NCBI GenBank assembly: GCA_041687115.1
Contig: JAWLCP010000002.1
Span: 2,102 to 66,101, forward strand
DNA length: 64,000 nt
From: Anaerolineae bacterium
Lineage (GTDB): Bacteria; Chloroflexota; Anaerolineae; B4-G1
Reading direction: 5' to 3'
A model generated the notes under the pieces. It was not told the origin of the DNA, ran no database searches, and saw only the letters and a program-made list of their open reading frames with translations. Of this stretch, positions 58,354 through 64,000 are shown piece by piece. The translations under genes and the position numbers were made by a program. Each line of letters starts with the position of its first letter. Position 1 is the stretch's first letter.

Positions 58354-58373
58354 GCAGTAGAAGGAGGCTGTCG

Positions 58374-60101
58374 ATGCAGAGGATGTCCCAGCTCTTTGGA
58401 CGGACGTTGCGCAAGGCCCCCACCGGTACAGAGCTGACCAGTCACAAGCTGGCGCTCCGCGCCGGATTGGTACGCTTCCTGGGCGCAGGACTCTACAGCT
58501 ATCTTCCCCTTGGGTGGAGGGTTGCCCGGAATATCGAGGCAATCCTCCGTCAGGAGATGGACGCCCTTGGCGCTCAGGAGATGAAGATGCCCGTTCTTAA
58601 CCCGGCTGAGCTCTGGAAAGCCACTGGACGGTGGGACAGCGTCGGGCCCGCGCTGATGCGCGTGACCGATCGGGGGGACCGGGAGTACGCCCTGGCCATG
58701 ACCCATGAGGAGGTCGTCGCTGAGTTGGCCCGCCAGGAGATTCAGTCGTACCGCGATCTGCCCCGGGTGGTCTATCACATTCAAACCAAGTTGCGGGACG
58801 AGCCGCGTCCGCGGGGAGGGCTCCTGAGAGTCCGGGAGTTTCGGATGAAGGATGCCTACAGCCTCGACAGGGATCGCGCAGGGCTGGACGCGTTCTATCC
58901 ACGGATGATGGAGGCCTACCAGCGCGTCTTCGCGCGCTGCAGGCTCGATCCTGTTTCTGTGGAAGCTGACACAGGCATGATGGGTGGGGCCGATTCGCAC
59001 GAGTTCATGCTGCCGCACCCTGACGGTGAGGATACGTTCATCCGCTGTGGGACGTGCGACTACGCCGCCAATGCAGAGCGGGCCGAGTTCCAGCTGCCGG
59101 AGGTCGAATCTGAACCGCTGGAGGAACCGGAGCAGGTGGCCACCCCTGGCTGCGAGACCATCGCCGACGTGGCCGACTTCGTAGGCGTTCCCACCAGGAA
59201 GACACTGAAGGCGGTCTTCTACACCCGAGGTGACGGAGAGCTGGTGCTCGTCCTCATCCGGGGAGATCTGGAGGTCAATGAGACGAAGCTGGCGAACCTC
59301 CTCGATGGTGCGACGCTCGAGCCGGCGCTCGAGGAGGACGTCCGACGAGCGGGTGCCGAGCCGGGATACGGCTCGCCGGTCGGGCTGAACGTGCGAGGGT
59401 CCCTTGACGATGTCGGTGTGCTGGTTGTGGCGGACCGTTCGATTGAGAAGGGGAGAAACTTCGTGGCGGGTGCGAATCGGCCCGGATATCACCTGGTGGG
59501 CGTCAACTACCCACGCGACTTCGCTGTCACCACCCTCGACGACATTGCCCAGGCCAAGGACGGGTATCTCTGCCCCAGATGCGAGGGGACCCTGATCGCG
59601 GAGGCGGCGATTGAGCTGGGCCACTGCTTCAAACTGGGCACCCACTACGCGGAGGCGGTCGGGGCTACCTTCCTCGATCCCGATGGAGAGGAGCACCCCG
59701 TCGTGATGGGCTCGTATGGGATCGGCGTCGGCCGGCTCATGGCTGCCGTCGTTGAGGAGCATCACGACGACTACGGGATCATCTGGCCCCCAGCCCTGGC
59801 CCCCTTCGATGTCTATCTACTCACGTTGGGGACGGACGAGGAGACGCAGGAGCGAGCCGATTTGTTCTGTGCGGAGCTGGAGGATGCCGGTCTGGACGTC
59901 CTCTTCGACGACCGGGAGGAGAGCGCCGGGGTCAAGTTCACCGACGCCGACCTGATCGGCTGTCCGGTGCGGGCCACGGTCAGTCGGCGTAGCCTGGAGC
60001 AGGGTGGCGTCGAGTTGAAGGCGCGCTGGACGAGGGACGCGCAGGTGGTGCGGATTGAGGACTTGGCCGCCGCGGTGAACGCGCTGATCAGCACCTTCTA
60101 G
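58374..60101 (+). CDS. proS: Proline--tRNA ligase (bacterial type)
   Basis: Class II aaRS motifs (FRMKDAYS, GGADSHEFM, GSYGIGVGRL) and a C-terminal anticodon-binding domain. The track ORF starts at 58164 (TTG); the likely start is M71 with an AGAAGGAGG RBS. Confidence 0.9.
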   Translation: MQRMSQLFGRTLRKAPTGTELTSHKLALRAGLVRFLGAGLYSYLPLGWRVARNIEAILRQEMDALGAQEMKMPVLNPAELWKATGRWDSVGPALMRVTDRGDREYALAMTHEEVVAELARQEIQSYRDLPRVVYHIQTKLRDEPRPRGGLLRVREFRMKDAYSLDRDRAGLDAFYPRMMEAYQRVFARCRLDPVSVEADTGMMGGADSHEFMLPHPDGEDTFIRCGTCDYAANAERAEFQLPEVESEPLEEPEQVATPGCETIADVADFVGVPTRKTLKAVFYTRGDGELVLVLIRGDLEVNETKLANLLDGATLEPALEEDVRRAGAEPGYGSPVGLNVRGSLDDVGVLVVADRSIEKGRNFVAGANRPGYHLVGVNYPRDFAVTTLDDIAQAKDGYLCPRCEGTLIAEAAIELGHCFKLGTHYAEAVGATFLDPDGEEHPVVMGSYGIGVGRLMAAVVEEHHDDYGIIWPPALAPFDVYLLTLGTDEETQERADLFCAELEDAGLDVLFDDREESAGVKFTDADLIGCPVRATVSRRSLEQGGVELKARWTRDAQVVRIEDLAAAVNALISTF

Positions 60102-60578
60102 CTAGTCGCTGGACGAATCCTCCGCCAGCGACACGATCCGCGGGTAGCCCTCGTCGATCAGCTGCTCCAGTTCTCGGGCGACGGTAGTGTACTCGAGCCG
60201 TGTTCCCCCGTAAGGGTCCCAGATGTCGTGGGATTCCCCGACCAGCTCGCTCAGCATGTTAACCTTGTCGGCGTAATCGGGGAACGCCGCCGAGAGGGCC
60301 TCGGCGTGGTTTCGGGTCATCACCAGCACAAGGTCTGCCTCTGCCATCACCTGCTCGTTCACGCTGCGTGATCGGTGGGCGCGTATGTCGATTCCCCGAT
60401 CGGCCATCTCTGCCACGGAACACTCGCTCGCCGGACGCCCCTCGGCGGCCCAGGTACCGGCTGAAAGGACGCGCCAGCCGTGACGCTCTGGGTCGTCCTC
60501 CAGCCGGCGCCGGAGTAACCCTGCCGCCATCGGCGAACGGCAGATGTTTCCCGTGCACACGAACAGGATGGTCGTCAC
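60102..60578 (-). CDS. Low-molecular-weight protein-tyrosine phosphatase (arsenate-reductase fold)
   Basis: CTGNICRSP P-loop and a DP motif (DIWDPYG). GTG start at 60578 overlaps the upstream stop (GTGA). Confidence 0.8.
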   Translation of the reverse strand: MTTILFVCTGNICRSPMAAGLLRRRLEDDPERHGWRVLSAGTWAAEGRPASECSVAEMADRGIDIRAHRSRSVNEQVMAEADLVLVMTRNHAEALSAAFPDYADKVNMLSELVGESHDIWDPYGGTRLEYTTVARELEQLIDEGYPRIVSLAEDSSSD

Positions 60579-61822
60579 TGCTGGCTCCCCTCGTCCGGAG
60601 CGGGGGTGACCGCCCTCCGCGCCTCCGTCAATGCCATCAGGCCCCCGGCCACCACCGAATGCCCACCCATCACCACTGGGACAGGGGCATCCGCTGCGGC
60701 GCGAGTGAGGCGGCGCAAGAAGGGGTCGTCCACATGGTGCCAGCGGTAGAGATCCGCATGGAACCGGTCGATCGCCGATGGCCACAGGTTTCTGGCCGCC
60801 AGAATGACCCGGTTGTCGAGTAGGATCGCGTTGGCAAGCCCCCCCAATCCTTCGAAGAACCCCTCAATCCCCACCAGATCGAGGTAGTCGGCCAGGAGGG
60901 AGCGCACCGCTCCACTCGCCTGCCGCCCACTCGCTCGCATTCCTCGTTCCTCGGCGAACACCCGCACCCAGCACTGAGTGCTTTCTTCGAGGGAGCGCCA
61001 AGCTGCCGAGGAGGCGCGACCCGCCACGATCAGGCTTCCGCCCTCGCGTCCCATCTCGCTCAGCACACCATCCAGTTGGGGGCACTGCCAATCGAGTCTG
61101 TCCAGGTGCCTGCGCAAGTGTGGGCCGATCCCTGGGTGACGGTGTGCGATCAGCAAGTCCGCTGGGGTGTCGATGTCGAACCGCGAGCTGGCTGACGCTT
61201 TCATATCCTCCGCGGGAAATCCAGCCTCGTGAGCCAGTGCCCAGGCGATAGCGTTGTCGTTCACCTGGTCGGCGATCAGCCAGCAAGCCTCCTCGGACGG
61301 CGTGAAGGCAGCCCAGTCGGAGGAATGCACGTTGTTCGTGATCACCAGGCGCTTCGCCCGCCCTAGCCTGTCCACGACCCTGGCCCACTCGTTCCCCTTC
61401 AACAGTGGCGCAGAGCCACCTCCTGTGTAGAGCACCCGGTCCGCATCATATCGCTCGATCAACTCCGCCAGGCGCCGCCCGAAGTGAAAAGGCTCATTGA
61501 CGGGGTCCAGGTCTACCTCCACCGGAAGATCGGCCAGGGTGGTGGTCCAGGATGGATCATCGGTGGCGACGACGGCGAGACCGATCGATGGGATGGGCAA
61601 GAGCGTCTCCAGCAGATCCCGGGCGGCTGCGCGGTGGGCGCCGTCTACAGCTTGCTCCACCTCGCTGTTCCCCGATCCTCCGGTCAGGAGGAAGAGTGTT
61701 GTCTTTCCCATGCCCGCGCCCTGTTCACGCAAACTGCCTTCATCAGCAAGAGGGGGCTCGCTCGCCGACCCCCCTCTCTGTCTATCCTGGCGCTCCCAGG
61801 CTCTCTTGGCGTTTGTGATCAA
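60575..61822 (-). CDS. Hypothetical two-domain protein, probably about 380 aa starting at MGKTTLFLLTGGSGNS
   Basis: Globular composition; translationally coupled to hpf upstream (4-nt overlap) and to the LMW-PTP downstream. I recognise no family. Confidence 0.55.
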   Translation of the reverse strand: MITNAKRAWERQDRQRGGSASEPPLADEGSLREQGAGMGKTTLFLLTGGSGNSEVEQAVDGAHRAAARDLLETLLPIPSIGLAVVATDDPSWTTTLADLPVEVDLDPVNEPFHFGRRLAELIERYDADRVLYTGGGSAPLLKGNEWARVVDRLGRAKRLVITNNVHSSDWAAFTPSEEACWLIADQVNDNAIAWALAHEAGFPAEDMKASASSRFDIDTPADLLIAHRHPGIGPHLRRHLDRLDWQCPQLDGVLSEMGREGGSLIVAGRASSAAWRSLEESTQCWVRVFAEERGMRASGRQASGAVRSLLADYLDLVGIEGFFEGLGGLANAILLDNRVILAARNLWPSAIDRFHADLYRWHHVDDPFLRRLTRAAADAPVPVVMGGHSVVAGGLMALTEARRAVTPAPDEGSQQ

Positions 61823-62358
61823 CCCACCTGGGGCTGAAGCAGCCCGTAGTTGCCATCTCTTCGCTTGTAGACGGTGTTGATCGTGCCTTCCTCAGCGTTC
61901 AGAAAAACGAAAAAATGATGCCCCAGAAGCTCCATCTGCTCGATGGCTTCCTGGGGCGTCATCGGTCGCACCTCGAACCGCTTGACGCGGACGATCTCTC
62001 CCTCGGCCTCTTCCTCGACGGGCTCTTCAAGGGGGAGTGCCTCGACCCGTGACTGCCAGCGGTCCTGGCGCTTTCCCTTGTAACGCGCGATCTGCCGGTA
62101 CATCTTGTCCAGGACCGCGTCGATGGAGGCGAAAATGTCGCCTGTCCGCTCCTCCGCCCGCAGGATCGTACCGCGCGTCCACACCGTCAGCTGCGCTACC
62201 TGTCGGTCCTCATCGCTGCGTGTGTCCTCCACTTCCAGATCCAGCCGCGCCTCGTCGATGGTGGGCAGATAGCGATCCAGCTTCTCGACCTTGCTCTCTG
62301 CGTATTCCTGCAGACGCGGCGTCATCTCTAGCTTGCGGGTGAAGATAGATAGTTCCAT
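61819..62358 (-). CDS. hpf: Ribosome hibernation-promoting factor, long form (HPF/YvyD)
   Basis: MELSIFTRKLEMTPRLQEYAESKVEKLDRY N-terminal RaiA fold plus C-terminal dimerization domain (FVFLNAEEGTINTVYKRRDGNYGLL). Confidence 0.9.
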   Translation of the reverse strand: MELSIFTRKLEMTPRLQEYAESKVEKLDRYLPTIDEARLDLEVEDTRSDEDRQVAQLTVWTRGTILRAEERTGDIFASIDAVLDKMYRQIARYKGKRQDRWQSRVEALPLEEPVEEEAEGEIVRVKRFEVRPMTPQEAIEQMELLGHHFFVFLNAEEGTINTVYKRRDGNYGLLQPQVG

Positions 62359-62406
62359 CGGTGCCCTCCTTATATGAAAACCCTGTAGACAACCCGTAAT
62401 CTTGTT

Positions 62407-63114
62407 TCAGCGTGCGCGGGCCAGGGTCAGTGCCTGTACGCTGTCCACTCCCCCTCCTCGTAGCGCCACAGCGCACGCCTCCAGCGTCGAGCCGCTCGTA
62501 CACACGTCATCGATGAGCAGCACCTGCCTGTTCGCGAGCCTCCTGCTGGTACACCGAAAAGCGTCCTGCACGTTGGCCTTTCTCTGTTCGACATCGAGTC
62601 CCACCTGGGAGGCCGTCGCCCGATGGCGCACCAATGTGGTGTCGTCCATGGCCAGGTTGGTTCGTTCCGACAGCTCGCCGGCCAACAGCCTTGCCTGGTT
62701 GAACCCCCGCTTGCGGACGCGCTCCCTGTGCAGCGGGACGGGTACGATCATATCACTTTGCATCGGATGCGTCAACCAGTGCTCGGCCATCAGGCGACCC
62801 AGAGGTGGCGCCAGAGCGGTGATTCCGTCGTACTTGAGTCTGTGAATGGCCTCGCGGATGACGCCTTCGAAGGTGAATACCGAGCGTATGCGCTCGATCT
62901 TGAGTGGGGCGGCCCGACACTGAGGGCAGAGAGTTGAGGCTGGATCGTCCAACTTCCGTCCACAGCGGATGCAGAAGGGGGGTTCCACCCGGGCTGTCTG
63001 ATGGATGCATCGCTGACACAACCAGGTGCCGGCCTCGCCGCAGCCCACGCAGCGCGGAGGAAAGAGAAGGTCGAGCGTTGACCTCCACAGGCGTTGAACT
63101 GTCACCAGGGCCAA
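62407..63114 (-). CDS. comF: ComF-family protein (double zinc-ribbon + phosphoribosyltransferase domain)
   Basis: FPPRCVGCGE...CQRC / CIRCG...CPQC zinc ribbons; PRT motif LLIDDVCTSGST. Lies adjacent to hpf, as in the Bacillus comFC-yvyD neighbourhood. Confidence 0.8.
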   Translation of the reverse strand: MALVTVQRLWRSTLDLLFPPRCVGCGEAGTWLCQRCIHQTARVEPPFCIRCGRKLDDPASTLCPQCRAAPLKIERIRSVFTFEGVIREAIHRLKYDGITALAPPLGRLMAEHWLTHPMQSDMIVPVPLHRERVRKRGFNQARLLAGELSERTNLAMDDTTLVRHRATASQVGLDVEQRKANVQDAFRCTSRRLANRQVLLIDDVCTSGSTLEACAVALRGGGVDSVQALTLARAR

Positions 63115-63255
63115 GGGGGGCCGTCCACCTCTCGGTTCTCAGACTCCAGCCGGTTCCGTGACCTGGGGATTGTACGCCTTCTCGGCGGGGTCGGCAAGCA
63201 GCGCGAGGGCAACGGCTGCGCCGAGAGGGATCCGATGGTTGTGGGTCGACGCTGC

Positions 63256-63963
63256 CTAGGGCAGACCGCCGCCCAGGCCGCCTATGTTCAATGTCATGAT
63301 CCGGAGGACGGCTGGTCCGAGCAACACGACGAAGATAGCGGGGAAGATCAGGAAGGCGATGGCGGGCAGCATCTTGATCGGGGCCTGTCGAGCCAGCTCC
63401 TCGGCCCGCTGGCGCCGTCGCCGGCGCATCTCGTCCGCCTGAATGCGCAGCACCTTGGCGATACTGACTCCCAGCTCCTCCGCCTGGACGATGGCCGCAA
63501 CGAACGTCGATACCTCCGGCACCTCTATGCGGTTCGCCATGTTCCGCAGCGCCTCACGGCGGAGTTTCCCGAGTTGGATCTCCTGGAGGACCCGTCTGAA
63601 CTCTCGGCTCAGCTCATTGTCCCACTTCTCCGCCACCCGAGCGATGGCGGCGTCAAACCCAAGCCCCGCTTCCACGCAGATCGTCAGCAGGTCAAGCGCG
63701 TCGGGCAACGATCTCCTGATCTCCCGCTGGCGGCTGCTCGTCTTGCTCCGCAACCACAGTGACGGCAGGTAGTACCCGCCCACGGCCATAACGCCGGTCA
63801 GGGCGACGCGGCGTGGAAGTCCCACGCCCTTCGCCAGCACCAGCACCACCAGCCCCAATCCGCCCAACAGCAGTGCTGCTAGGAGACGGAAGCCCACAAA
63901 CTGCATGGGGCTCCATCCATAGGGGTTCCCCGCCAGGTCGAGGTTGTGCTGGATGTTCTCCAT
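63256..63963 (-). CDS. tadC: Type II secretion system F-domain protein (TadC/TadB-like Flp pilus assembly membrane protein)
   Basis: T2SSF domain (LPDALDLLTICVEAGLGFDAAIARV...) flanked by TM helices. Confidence 0.75.
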   Translation of the reverse strand: MENIQHNLDLAGNPYGWSPMQFVGFRLLAALLLGGLGLVVLVLAKGVGLPRRVALTGVMAVGGYYLPSLWLRSKTSSRQREIRRSLPDALDLLTICVEAGLGFDAAIARVAEKWDNELSREFRRVLQEIQLGKLRREALRNMANRIEVPEVSTFVAAIVQAEELGVSIAKVLRIQADEMRRRRRQRAEELARQAPIKMLPAIAFLIFPAIFVVLLGPAVLRIMTLNIGGLGGGLP

Positions 63964-64000
63964 GCCCCCCTGGGGATTGATGCGCGTCGCGAGATCGGCC

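Noticed and set aside
58190-58373. Canonical T-box riboswitch upstream of proS.
   Set aside because: A terminator and an upstream stem-loop exist, but I could not find the T-box consensus or a CCN specifier loop. I kept it as a generic attenuator candidate rather than calling it a T-box.

Overview
This is a 64-kb, high-GC (about 65% by eye), very gene-dense bacterial chromosomal segment. I found no rRNA, tRNA, CRISPR array, transposase or integrase. Nearly every long antisense ORF in the track is a GC-driven shadow of a real gene on the other strand. Gene content and order suggest a high-GC monoderm-type lineage, possibly Chloroflexota-like; this is inference only. The supporting observations are: a nusA-ylxR-infB-rbfA-nrnA-truB-ribF block without rimP, a DPSL-type ferritin next to a Fur/PerR regulator, frequent GTG/TTG starts, many 1-4 nt stop/start overlaps, and short or absent 5' leaders. 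Confident housekeeping calls are nusA, ylxR, infB, rbfA, nrnA, truB, ribF, era, an EF-G paralog, ruvB, upp, proS, hpf, comF, queG and a queuosine-precursor transporter. Carbon metabolism is represented by glpK, galK, an Ldh_2-family dehydrogenase and a lactate permease. Also present are a tryptophanase, a WecA-like GT4 transferase, a GT-C glycosyltransferase, a VanW/rhomboid pair, an IMPase/SfsA pair, a LMW protein-tyrosine phosphatase and a TadC-like gene. The most unusual loci are listed here. (1) A LarA-family racemase (nickel-pincer cofactor type) is translationally coupled to a homocysteine/thiol S-methyltransferase-domain protein, with no larBCE genes in the window. (2) A 1094-aa SARP/AfsR-type STAND regulator heads a co-directional run of secreted proteins. 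That run comprises an HtrA-like protease with an odd Tyr/Asp-rich C-terminus, two lipoproteins, a small conserved-looking ORF, and a giant S8 subtilase fused to 7 delta-60 beta-propeller repeats plus an Ig-like domain. (3) A degV / tandem-GNAT / GPH-MFS permease operon sits immediately downstream. (4) Terminator-like attenuator hairpins lie in the nusA and proS leaders, and a near-consensus Fur/PerR box sits on the fur-family gene's own start. (5) Two unusually long non-coding stretches (34.4-34.9 kb and 45.3-46.1 kb) could hold cis-regulatory or small RNAs. Coordinates of non-coding features are counted from ORF-track anchors and may be off by a few nt.
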